Shown here: one piece after another, positions 42,201 through 53,490 of the stretch
How the letters are laid out: each line of letters starts with the position of its first letter
Position numbering within the stretch: position 1 is the first letter of the stretch
Origin: Catajapyx aquilonaris
Taxonomy: Eukaryota
Assembly (NCBI GenBank): GCA_000934665.2
Contig: JYFJ02000159.1
Span: 62,001 to 126,000 of the forward strand
Direction of reading: 5' to 3'
Length of the DNA stretch: 64,000 nucleotides
Translations under genes and position numbers: made by a program
Notes under the pieces: generated by a model
What the model was told of the DNA's origin: nothing
The model's input: the letters and a program-made list of their open reading frames with translations, nothing else
Databases searched by the model: none

Positions 42201-45200
42201 TTATTCGGCTGCAATAAAATAACACATGCAGCTAATACTGCAACAATTACTGATAACGATTGGATGGCAATATGAATGGAACAATGCTTTCATGCTCATT
42301 GAATATTTCAACGCTCTCTGCATTACAGATATCCCTGAGGAGGACAACTGTGATAGGTTACTCTTTCATCCTAACTGTGGTTCACATGCGGAAGTCATCA
42401 ACAATGGCAGGATAGCTCACCGACCAAAGTAGGACAGTGTTAAGTTACTATGCAGATTGAAAGAGAACAAAAAAGTTCACACTTTGGTCAACTGTTGCAG
42501 TGCTATGGATGATTTCAACAATGCAGTAGTACTGACCAACAGGCCCCTGAAGGTCAACGAACTGTTTGAGGTGCTTTTGGTTAAGATGGTGACGAAGTGG
42601 GCAGGGTCCATTGAAATTGGGGTCACTACCCATTCTCCCACGGAGTTGGAGTATCCATCCACCATGACCAACGTCAGGTATGTCTGATAACACCATTTGC
42701 AAAACTATTAGTTCTGCGATGGAGAATAAACAGTGTATTTAATCTTGTTCCATATGACAGGTCAGGGACATGGATGATGACTGGAAATGGCATCATGCAC
42801 AACGGCACCACTGTGATTGACGAGTATGGGCAGAACTTGGACAGGTTGAAGGTACGTTTCTTGCCATAAGCAACACCAGAATACCTACTATCATATGATG
42901 GTAACAATGTGACAAGGAAATGCTACAACCAGCTGTAATTAATCCTAGAGGAGACTAGGCTGTATTTGGGGAGAAAAAAATCATAAAGACCTTGAGGATT
43001 CCATCATCACATGTGCTTCCTTGTTTGTCAACTGGCAACCTTGCAGTGCGACAGGGCATAGAGCCAAAAATGAAAAGTACTGTGCACAGCAATTGCAACT
43101 CATGATTGACATGATCAAGTGAAGGAAGCCCACTTTGTTAGTCTGGCAGGCTCCATCCAATTCGGCCAGTGAAGCTGGCACCTGCTTAATACAGACTCGA
43201 TGCCACAGTGTCATACAGCACATATTATAATGTAGTCGTATACAACTGGGAATACTTTGATAGAAGTGTACAATGAACAATGATATTGTGAATTGAAGTT
43301 TGTGCAGATACTACATGCAGCAAATTCGATAGGTTGGTGACAGAGTTGGTGTTATGAGAAAGGAGAGCGGCACCCTTCACTTCTATGTCAACGGAGACGA
43401 CCAGGGACCTGCCGCTACCAACGTACCAGATAGAGTGTACGGAGTGATAGACTTGTACGGTCAGGCTGCACAGGCAACAATAGGTGATGCCATGGACTTG
43501 CACTCTCCTGAAGGAGCTTCCTGTAGTGTAAACAGCACAACCTTGTACAGGTCAGTAACTATATTTTTAGACCAATTGAAGGTTAAATCATGCTGAATGA
43601 TGTATGCTTTTAATGGCCAGTGACTTGAGGTTTCATCATCTGCATGGGCGCAATGCCCGAGTGTCCAACAATGGCCTGACCGCATGTAGACCTCATGCTT
43701 TGGGCGAGTTTAATGATGCAATAGTCATCAGCAACAGGCCTCTGAGGGAAGGAGAGATGTTCGAGGTAGTCATTGAAAGGATGGTGGACAGGTGGTCTGG
43801 ATCCATTGAAGCAGGTTTGTTGTGTACGCAATTGCAGCTAATCAAGGGTGACATTTGCTAATCTTTCCAAAAGGTGTAACTGGAATCAGGGCAGAAGATT
43901 TGGAATTTCCAAACACCATGACGGACATAGACCATGACACCTGGATGCTTAGTGGAACTGCAATAATGCAGGTAAATTGACCCAAATGCTACTACATCAG
44001 GTTTGCACGCAGATGTCTTGGAGTATGTAAAACAATTCCGTATTTTTAAACAGGCATGTTGTTTTATCATTCTTAATAATCCGAAGGAATCAGCCTTGTG
44101 TTTTTTTTAAAAAGAACTTTTTGTTTTTGTTCTCGTGAAGAAGGTTGTTTCCAAATTAAAGCGCCCACAAACTGTCTTGCAGAATAATCAAGAAATTGGA
44201 GATACGAAGCCATCACTTGATACTAACAACAGTTCATGTGTCAAGTCTGAGTCATGGGTAGGATATTTTCTATAATTGCCAAAAAAAAAAAAAAAGATGC
44301 TACAATAACAGCACAAGCCATTTTGCATTTTGTTCTCTCGGGCTGTCTTTTGGAGCTCAATTTTGTTTTCCTTTTATCAAAAAAAAAGAAGCTAGCATTG
44401 GTTACAGTGCAAGAAGCAAGCAAAAAAACAAATGGCACTTGTGCAAAGTGATCCTCTTGTTAGTATGCAGTGCGCTTGTTTTCAGAACGGAACCACCGTT
44501 CGTAATGGTTACAAGTGTGATCTGGACTCTCTGGGAGTTGGGTCTAGGATTGGGATGATGCGACATACCGATGGGACTCTTCACTACTACGTTAACGGGG
44601 AGGATCAGGGTGTTGCCTTCGAAAATGTCCCGTCAAGTAAGGGAAATCTTTATCTCCATAATCACAAAAATAGGATTACCACCTTACATGTGAAATGTTC
44701 TTAATGAAACAATTCTTTGAAATGTTTGAGATATAAAGTATGAATTCAGCATGATGTATTGCCGAATTTTGGAGTCACAGGAAAGATTTTGTCCTCAAAA
44801 CCTTACAGCAGCATTTGAGTGTCTGCAAGTAATAAAGTAAGCACTTGAATGACTTTGAATTGTTTGGTAAGAAAACCTGTCCTGGCATACAAAATGAGGT
44901 GATATGTGAATGTAGTAATTCTTATTGCATGGATGTAGCTTCATCTGTGAAAAATATGAGAAAAACATTGTCGTGATGCAATCGACCTTTGCCTTGCAGA
45001 TGTATATGCTGTGATAGATCTGTATGGTCAGTGTGCTCAAGTGTCCATTGTCCATAATCCTATTCGCATAAATGAAAACAGCATGGCAAGCTCACAAATT
45101 ATGGAGAGTTCACATCTCAGCCTGCCAATCGGTTCAGAAATGACCCACAGGTATTTTATCACATACTTTGTAACAGGTCCAAAATTTGTTGCATGAGATG

Positions 45201-48184
45201 TCAACTATTTATTTCCTCTGTGATCACAATTACGTTAATCTTCAGGTTTAGTCAATGTTGCGGGAAGAATGTGTTGCTAAAGAACAACAACAGCACTGCT
45301 TGCCGACTCAGAAATTTCAACCATGGTCTTGTGTTCAGCTCTGCTCCTCTTGAATCGGAAGAAACATTTGAGGTGAGTGTACATGTGCGCTGTACTTGTC
45401 AAGTATTGTTCCATGTTCGGGTAGAAATAAGGAAAAGTGCAATTTTAAAATTACGCACCGGCCTTTTGTGGTGTGCTTAGTTTGACATTTTTCTTTTATT
45501 CATTTACAATTTTTCCATATTTTTATTAGGTGCGCATAACTGAAGTAGCTAGTCAGTGGTCAGGATCGCTCTTCCTTGGCTTCACAACTCTACCAGTGTC
45601 AGATTCATACCCATCGTCTAACCTCCCACCAGCTATAAGTGGAATCACAGGTGCTGACACGTGGTGGATAAGTGGCTCCCAGGTCATCCGGAATGGGGTC
45701 ACTCTCAAGGTGAACTTCTGCCCAAGCCTGGACAGATTAGGTCCTGGGGATAGGGTAGGAGTCAGGAGATGTGCAGACGGAACCCTTAGGGTGTACATTA
45801 ATGGAGAAGACCTCGGAGTTGCTGCCACTAATTTACCAAAGGTGAGTAAATTGTGATAGGTATGCTAGTTTTGTGTACCGTTTACTTATTTTTCGGTTAT
45901 TTTTTAAATTTTCTAATGAAATGCAGACTACTTAGCAATGCCTGAATGATTTTTGACATTAGTTTCCATGTCTTGCAGAGAGTGGTGGCGGTAGTTGACC
46001 TCTATGGCAGCACAGAGTCAGTGACAGTTAGTAGTGTTTGTAGGTCACATCCTTCACCTGGTCAGGAGTCAATACATCAGTCACAGAGAGCCAGCATGGA
46101 CTCGCTGGAGATGGTTGAAGTAGACAGGCCCAGGAGTAGTGGTGGAGGTGGTGGAGGAGGTGGAAGTAGTGGGGTAGGGAAGGAAAGCAGGCAACTGCTA
46201 GAGTTTCATGATAACCACGGGCGCAACATTCGTCTGACCAATGGAAATCTGACAGCAAGGAGGACGGCCAGTTACAACCAAGGGATCGTCGTTTCCAGCA
46301 AGCCGCTTGCAAGGCAGCAACTCTTTCAGGTACTGTCATTCAGTTAAGCACTAATTTGAGCTGTGGAGCTTAATTATTTACCCGCCTTTGCATCATGTCC
46401 AGGTGCGGATAGACAAGCTGAATCCTCGTTGGACATCATCCATTTCTCTAGGTGTGATTGGTCAGTCTCCAGAGAAGATGCACTTCCCAGTGGCTGCTCT
46501 CAGCTTCAAGAAGGGAGCCTGGATCATATGCAGCGATTGTGTATTTCAGAATGGAACCAAGGTTGGCTGCTGTTTTGCTTGCTTGTTGTAGAAAAGTGTA
46601 TTCTACAGTTGGTTTAAACTGGCATAAACCCATTTGGAAATAGGCAGATCTTGCACACACTGGCACATGAAAGCTGAAACTACCAAAAATATAATTTCAG
46701 CCACATCGCTTAGCATGTTTTCTGTAATGGCTATACTGTATTTAATGTGTGTTCATTTCATTTTTTCGTGTGATTTTGTTGCAACAATTCTGACATGAGT
46801 GACAATTTTCAGACTCGAGGTCGTTATGGACCAAACCTAGACAGCCTTCAGTCACGCCATCTGGTGGGTATTCTCGTGGACTCAGAGAACCGCCTGCACC
46901 TCTTTGTCAATGGGATGGATCAGGGAGTAGCTGCCAAGGACATACCTACAAGGTGCTATGCAGTGGTTGACTTATACGGACAATGTGAAGAGGTGTGTGA
47001 AGCAAGCTTGTGATTTTAAAGCATATGACTTATGAGTATTATTCTCATAATTTATTGCATCAGGTGACAGTGGTGAGTCCTGAGGAAACATTAAGCAGCT
47101 CAATGGAGCTCGATTATCCATGTGAGAAGGCAGATCTGGAGACAGGCAAGGAAAAGGAGAAGAGAGTGGCTGCCAAGGGACAGCCTGATTCTTTGGGGAC
47201 TATCAAGAATTGCGAGTACCAGAATGCATGTGCACGCTTCAGGAACATGTTGGGATTGCCTGGTTAGTTACTTTTTCTCATAATATTACCTTCTAGTCTC
47301 AACAGAAAACTTTGGAAATTTTTTTCATTCATATTCACATGCTCAGATGGTTATTTCACCCCTGAGTACAACGTATGCTACTGTGAAACATGTCATAAAA
47401 TCCGTGGGGATGAGGCATACTGCAAGAAGGGTGATCCCCCCAAGGATTTTGCCCCTCCCTTTGGGTGGTGCAAGTTTCCTTTACGGGTTCTGCCCAGGGC
47501 AGCGGACAACTCCAGTTGCACAGATAAATGGCATGTGGCCTACCATGGAACCAGGCTTGGAGCACTCAGGAGGATACTTGACCACGGAGAACTTCTTATG
47601 CCAAGTGAGGCTGACATGGGTGTTAACTGAGGATTGTTGTTGGTTTGTGCACTCTGACAATGTTTTTTTGTCAATTATTACAGGTGAGCTAGGTCTAGAG
47701 AGGAGCTTTGTGTTGAAGACCAAGTCAAAAGACGAAGATTCAGATGGCTCGCAGCTACTTTTCTCTCCCACTCTCAAGTATGCAGGGCTGAATGCATTCG
47801 CTCCATGGCATGAGTAAGTACTGCAAACTGCAAAACAGTGGTTGTATCTCTATTGCCATACATTGCATCAGTGTGAAATTTTGTCATCTCTTAATTTTCC
47901 GTGGACTAATGACTTTATTTTTTAGGTACCTGGATTCTCAGACTCGACGAAAGCTCCATGCCCATGTGGCACTCCAGATTCTGGTCCAGCCAGGCTCATA
48001 CAAAGTTGGCCCACCTTCATCTCCTTCTGCCTCCCCTGGCCCAACTGCAACCACTGCTGCTGGACGACCTGCTGTGGCGGTTGATCCACATTTCGACCCA
48101 GAGGCTGTTGAGTGGGTCACAAAAGAGAGGGGGGCCACCATGGTCACAGCCCTACTCATACACCTGGAAGGACTGTGCCCTTAA
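39201..48184 (+). CDS. NEURL4: Neuralized-like protein 4 (multiple NHR domains; bluestreak-like), multi-exon
   Basis: Repeated NHR domains: [78 protein letters not shown]-terminal [41 protein letters not shown]. Ends LEGLCP* at 48184. Confidence 0.93.
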
Positions 48185-49447
48185 AAGTGGCAGTGTCCTG
48201 AAATTTAAAGTCATACTCATAATTTTGCCATTCCCCTGTCCCTGTACCCCAGGTATACCGTAAACAGAGAGACTTATTGCTTTTGCTCCCTTTTCATGAA
48301 GTGATTTCATGGTGCCATAGTAGTTTTTATTTAGATGCCAATCATTTCTGGGAACATCAGGGTTTTTACCAAGATAATTTACAAGCATCTCATTTTGTGG
48401 AGGTGGATACCAATACATGGGCGGGTGGAGCTGAGGACCAGTTTTGAGTACTTCTGTTTTTTTGGGCAGGTCTGTTTTATTGTGCAATTGTTAAAGTTTG
48501 TTTGTTGATTTTGGTGGCGCCAGCTGTGAAACTTCTCTTTCCCACTGATCTCACATTTGCGAAAAGCACGGTTATTTGTTTCTTGGGCAGTTCGTACAGT
48601 GGTACCATTCCTGATAAATGCTGCCTTTTTGCTTGCCAAAGAGTGTGTTCTGCTCGTCATCATCGCTTTCATTGCCATGTGTATAAACAGATTTACCATT
48701 TTTGTAAATAAAAGAGTCATCTCCTACGTAACGCTTTTGATTCAATTGTTTTCAGGTCTTTTATTTCAGTGAAATCATCCTCAAAAAAAACTACGGTTTT
48801 TGTAGCACATCGGCATTACATATTGACAGGCTAATGGATGTTAACAACATGTTGAAGACTTGATTTGCAGATGTTTGAGCATATCTGCAGTTGGCTGCAG
48901 GATTATCTTCGTAAGTGGAAAGCAATAACAAAAGTTACAATAACCATTTAAGATCTAATGGTAGTAGTTATCATTGAGGAGGATTAATCCTCAAGTTGAA
49001 TAATGTAAGTTTTTAGGCTATTATCGGTGAGGAGGATTCCTCGTCTTCAAGGGATGAATAATCAATATTATTGTTATCTATGATGAGGATTAATCTGCAA
49101 GGTGAACATTATCCATGAGGGGGATTATTATCCATGCATGAAGAGGATTAATCCACAAAGATGATTTAATAGAAGTAGCCTGCTGTTACTTATTCTTGTG
49201 ATGAATAACTTTCTTCCGCATGGTGGATTATCCATGAGCAGGAATAATATGCAATATCTTCCAATAGGATTAATCCGAAATGTTGATTATCCAGATGATT
49301 AATAATTTACATGCAATATGGATTTACTAGTTTTTTTAAAAGGGAAGGCTACTTGTACTGTTCGTAAAACCTCCTGCTCCTCTGAAACCCCTCCCCCACT
49401 CCAGGGGTCCTCGGCATAAAGGGATGCAATCTGCTCTGGACACACTC

Positions 49448-49567
49448 GCCAAGGGCCATACCACGTTGAAAGCACCGGTTCTCGTCCGATCCCCGAAGTT
49501 AAGCAACGTCGGGCCCGGGTAGTACTTGGATGGGTGACCGCCTAGGAATGCCGGGTGCACTTGGCCA
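49448..49567 (+). rRNA. 5S rRNA: 5S rRNA gene (variant sequence), left array copy 1
   Basis: GCCAAGGGCCATACCACGTTGAAAGCACCGGTTCTCGTCCGATC...AGTTAAGCAACG (A box)...GTACTTGGATGGGTGACCG (C box)...GCACTTGGC, followed by an oligo-T Pol III terminator. Confidence 0.88.
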
Positions 49568-49655
49568 CTCTTTTTTTCTTCTTTTCTTTCTCCCTTCCCA
49601 TGGAGGAAGGTGGCCCTAGGAGAGTGGAGTACCTCCAGAAGAAGCACCCTCTCTC

Positions 49656-49775
49656 GCCAAGGGCCATACCACGTTGAAAGCACCGGTTCTCGTCCGATCC
49701 CCGAAGTTAAGCAACGTCGGGCCCGGGTAGTACTTGGATGGGTGACCGCCTAGGAATGCCGGGTGCACTTGGCTA
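49656..49775 (+). rRNA. 5S rRNA: 5S rRNA gene (variant), left array copy 2
   Basis: Same sequence 208 bp downstream of copy 1, followed by a T10 terminator. Confidence 0.88.
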
Positions 49776-50448
49776 TTTTTTTTTTCTCTCTCACTTATGT
49801 TTTTTTTTTCCCTCATTACGTTGGATTTGTAGCAATTCGCTCTTCTGTGCATGGTGCATTTATCAGGATTTAAGATGATTAATCGCAATGTGGATTATTT
49901 TATGCAAGGCTGGGTTATTATCCGTGAGAAGGATTATTTATCCACAAAGAGGATTATCCGCGAGCAGGATGAAACTTGATGCGGATTATCCATTAGCAGG
50001 ATTAATTCTTGAGAAACATGTTTTCTGCCAGGAGGATTAACACGCTTGGTGGATTAATCCGCCGGGGTTAATCAGAAAAAATGATATATTTAGGTCTAAC
50101 AAATTAGTATTGACCAAATATTCCTCCCAAAGTGAAAATAATTGAATTGAATGATCGCTTCGAGTTCTCAATGAATGAACTGAACTACTGAAGTATTGCA
50201 AACTTCATTTTGAAACGCTGGTTTCTTTTGTATCAAATAAATTGTTTGCCCGACAATTTCACTTATATTCTATGGATCTACGATGGATCTCGTATGTTAA
50301 ATTACCACACAAAATTGGAACCCAGAAGAAAAACTTCCTGCGACTAAAATCGCGTGCAAAGTTTATTGGCAGTCAAGTTAGAGCACAAAAATGCAGTGGT
50401 AGAACCGGAACTGATGTCAAGGTGTGACTTGTCAATGACGCTACCTGC

Positions 50449-50915
50449 TCACTTCCTGACGAGCTTCCTCAGAAATGCGCTGCTTCCTGCTGAAATTAAT
50501 AGCTCGTGTCAATCCGGCTCTATATTGGACCAAAACTGCTTACTTCTCTGCAAAGGTTCTGCATCCAGACCGGTACCGGTACTCCCGTCTTGATTTCGCC
50601 GGATGTCAATATCTGGGTTGGGCTCGACGGGAACTTGGGCGGGCACGTCATCCTCAGAGCCCTGTCCGTAATCACCATCTTCTGCTGACCTCCCTGGGTT
50701 ATCTCCGGCATCGTAGTCGTAGTGCTCTTCAGAAGAGTGGTGATGACCATGGTGGTCGTCGTAGTGGTGGGAACCGTAACCGCATCCTGCTGTGTTTTTT
50801 ACCCATCATAATGAGAACCTTCCGCGTCAGGTCACAACATCATCAGTGACTTACCTTGAGTCGCAACAAAGGCTGTGGACAGCACCAGAAGAGCGGTCAA
50901 AAGCTTGAAGTTCAT
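50449..50915 (-). CDS. Orphan secreted His/Asp/Gly-rich peptide, 115 aa. Exons 50915-50855, 50789-50544, 50489-50449
   Basis: Spliced product MNFKLLTALLVLSTAFVATQA|GCGYGSHHYDDHHGHHHSSEEHYDYDAGDNPGRSAEDGDYGQGSEDDVPAQVPVEPNPDIDIRRNQDGSTGTGLDAEPLQRTGSSAFLRKLVRK*. It has a signal peptide, GTAAGT and GTAAGC donors with phase-compatible CAG acceptors, TATAAAA at 50957-50951 and AATAAA at 50367-50362. The ORF track misses the His-rich frame. Confidence 0.75.
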
Positions 50916-50950
50916 GTTGAGTGTGAGGTGTGGGATTGTGGGCTTGGCAT

Positions 50951-51207
50951 TTTTATATCCATGACAAGATAAAAACAGGAAAATTCCCTCCCGATCCAGT
51001 TCAAACGAAGAGGGCAATTTTTTGGATTTCTCTTCGTCACAAGGTCGGGCTTCCTGTTATGAGCAATCCTGCTGGGCACAGTGATGAAAGGGTCTGGTTT
51101 TTTGTGTGGGCATTTCCGACAGAAATGGTCAGGGGGAGGTAACTCAGCCGTTGAAAAACGCCTGTTTTTGTGCACTTTTACGCGGAATTTTGCGGAGGGG
51201 ATTTTCC
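50951..51207 (-). promoter_or_regulatory. Immune-type promoter: TATA + GATA + kappaB-like sites
   Basis: TATAAAA 50951-50957 (-), AGATAA 50967-50972 (+), GGGAATTTTCC 50978-50988 (-), GGGCATTTCC 51108-51117 (+), GGGGATTTTCC 51197-51207 (+). Confidence 0.6.
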
Positions 51208-52344
51208 ACTTTGTTTCCGTCAGCACTGCCTGTCCACAGTGCATGGTGTAGTGAACATGTTCATGTTAGCAGAGCAGGGACAACAAAAAGATGGGAGTTG
51301 GCACTGACCGATAACAATAACGATGTGGATCTGCTGTCCTTTTCTGTACATGGTTCGACCATTATTATACCATATAATTATTGTTTCGATGGATATTGCC
51401 CCTTTTTGTGCAGTAAAAAAACCACTAGTGAATCATAGAGACGCGCCAGGCGTGGAAGGTCACCTTAAAACCGGAACCAACTAAAAATAACAACAGATTC
51501 TTGCTAACCCAATCATTATTATGATCTAACAGGCATCTACATTGTACTTTACACAAGTATCAGCCAATTATTAGGAATATTACGCCTCTTAATTATTTCG
51601 CGTTTATAGGCGCTACTTATTTCCCAAATGCTGAGATCTATAGTCTTGAGAGGGGCGGAGGGGGCTGTATTTCGAAAGAAATGTTTAAATAAATCACGGA
51701 ATAGGTGTTCTGTGATACACAGAGTGCAGAATGATTTCGAGATACGGCCATTGTTATTTCGAATAATACTGCGTTTTTCCGTCTGGGTTCCCCCCCTTTT
51801 TTTGTTGCAAAATTTATTACTTTATTTATGGGAAACCTGCACATGACCCTGGTATGCGTGCCATCACAATTGGGATTCTGCGACTATCATAGTTACATAA
51901 CTATAAGTTATGTAGGCGAGGATTGAAAGTATTTGAATATGACTCATAATCTTGTAGCCAATGATGAAAAACAGCCTGAATTAAAATTTGGCCTGTGAGT
52001 TTGACATTATTGATATTTTATACACCCTGATTCACTTTACCCCACCGTCTGTTAGTACATGGGTGACATTCGCGAGTACCTACGATCAGTACGATGTCTG
52101 AACTGAGCGATTCCTTCCAGAAATCTGTTCCAACTGCTCAGGCGTTGTTATCCGATAACAACTCAGGAAGTAATTAATCTTGTTTATCCGCATCTGCATG
52201 TGCTCAGTGATGATCGTATATGTAGCTATTCTGAACTTCCTGTTATTTTTAGCATGTCATATGTGCAAATTGTCACGACCGTTTTTTATGTGCTTTCTCA
52301 GGAAGCTTGTGCAAAATCAGTCACATGTGTCTATGTTGTCTGCA

Positions 52345-52371
52345 TGCTTTCAACGTGGTATGGCCCTTGGC
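52345..52371 (-). pseudogene. 3'-truncated 5S rRNA fragment (first 27 nt)
   Basis: Reverse complement of GCCAAGGGCCATACCACGTTGAAAGCA, preceded by a variant of the array spacer and breaking off into unrelated sequence. Confidence 0.8.
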
Positions 52372-52456
52372 GAGAGAGGGTGCTTCTTCTGGAGGTACTC
52401 CTAGGGCCACCTTCCCCTGACCCCTTTGGAAAGAAGAAGAAGAAGAAAAAAAAGAG

Positions 52457-52576
52457 TAGCCAAGTGCACCCGGCATTCCTAGGCGGTCACCCATCCAAGT
52501 ACTACCCGGGCCCGACGTTGCTTAACTTCGGGGATCGGACGAGAACCGGTGCTTTCAACGTGGTATGGCCCTTGGC
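52457..52576 (-). rRNA. 5S rRNA: 5S rRNA gene (variant), right array copy 2
   Basis: Reverse complement of 49656-49775, with an oligo-T terminator on the minus strand. Confidence 0.88.
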
Positions 52577-52664
52577 GAGAGAGGGTGCTTCTTCTGGAGG
52601 TACTCCACTCTCCTAGGGCCACCTTCCTCCATGGGAAGGGAGAAAGAAAAGAAGAAAAAAAGAG

Positions 52665-52784
52665 TGGCCAAGTGCACCCGGCATTCCTAGGCGGTCACCC
52701 ATCCAAGTACTACCCGGGCCCGACGTTGCTTAACTTCGGGGATCGGACGAGAACCGGTGCTTTCAACGTGGTATGGCCCTTGGC
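52665..52784 (-). rRNA. 5S rRNA: 5S rRNA gene (variant), right array copy 1
   Basis: Reverse complement of 49448-49567, with the same 43-bp leader and 88-bp spacer. Confidence 0.88.
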
Positions 52785-52827
52785 GAGTGTGTCCAGAGCA
52801 GATTGCATCCCTTTATGCCGAGGACCC

Positions 52828-53490
52828 TTTGTGGATTAATGCTCTTCATGCATGGATAATAATCCACCTTGAGGATTAATCCCCCTCACGGATATAATGT
52901 TCACCTGGCAGATCATTCCTCACCATAGATAACAATATTAATTATTCCTTGAAGATGGGAGGGGTTTCAGAGGGGTCGGAGATTGAAGACTGCAAAATAA
53001 TTATTGTGATCCTCATTTTCACAAGAAGGGCGCAGATGGAAGAAGAAAACCTCGGTTCAATCCCTTTATATAAGTCTATAATAATTCACCCAGTACGCGT
53101 AAATCACTTACTCACAGGTACATCTTACATGTGGAGTAGTAGTAGTAGTAGTGGAGGTACTCACACAGTCTGTGTCCTGATGAGTTTCTTGTCAGAGGTT
53201 TTGCAAGTAGCCTGCCCTTTAATAACTAATCTTCCATATTGCAGATGAATTAATATATATCAGCTGGATAATCAACATTTCCGATTAATGCTATCGAAGA
53301 TATTCCATATACCATATTGCATATTGATCCTGTCATCCTGCTCGTGGATAATCCACCATGTGGGAAAGTATTCATCTCGTGAATATAAGGGACAGGCTAC
53401 TTCGATTAATCAACTTTGTGGATTAATCCTCATTGATGATTCGCCATGTGGTTTAATCATTTTTCCCGTGGGTCTGATTCATGGGTAATC
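52828..53490. repeat. Diverged, rearranged inverted copy of the GGATTAATCC-rich flank
   Basis: 52828-52956 resembles revcomp 49045-49160. 52957-52973 resembles revcomp 49380-49395. 53196-53430 resembles revcomp 49145-49370. Confidence 0.7.

Larger units (their letters stand above)
48890..50070. repeat. Degenerate GGATTAATCC / GGATTATCC-rich repeat surrounding the left 5S array
   Basis: Roughly 15 or more exact or degenerate copies of the palindromic motif (e.g. about 48981, 49145, 49267, 49951, 49983, 50050). Part of it is inversely homologous to 52828-53490. Confidence 0.7.

Noticed and set aside
48890..50070. CRISPR-like array of short palindromic repeats
   Set aside because: Eukaryotic context, repeats only about 10 bp and degenerate, irregular spacing and no cas genes.
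50520..50750. Thr-rich mucin-like ORF (MVITTLLKSTTTTMP...)
   Set aside because: The phase-1 donor after the signal-peptide exon selects the His/Asp-rich frame instead.
49336..52839. Near-identical ORFs (MLSTWYGPWRERVLL..., ...HPAFLGGHPSKYYPGPTLLNFG...) on both strands
   Set aside because: These are antisense translations of the 5S rRNA repeats, not proteins.
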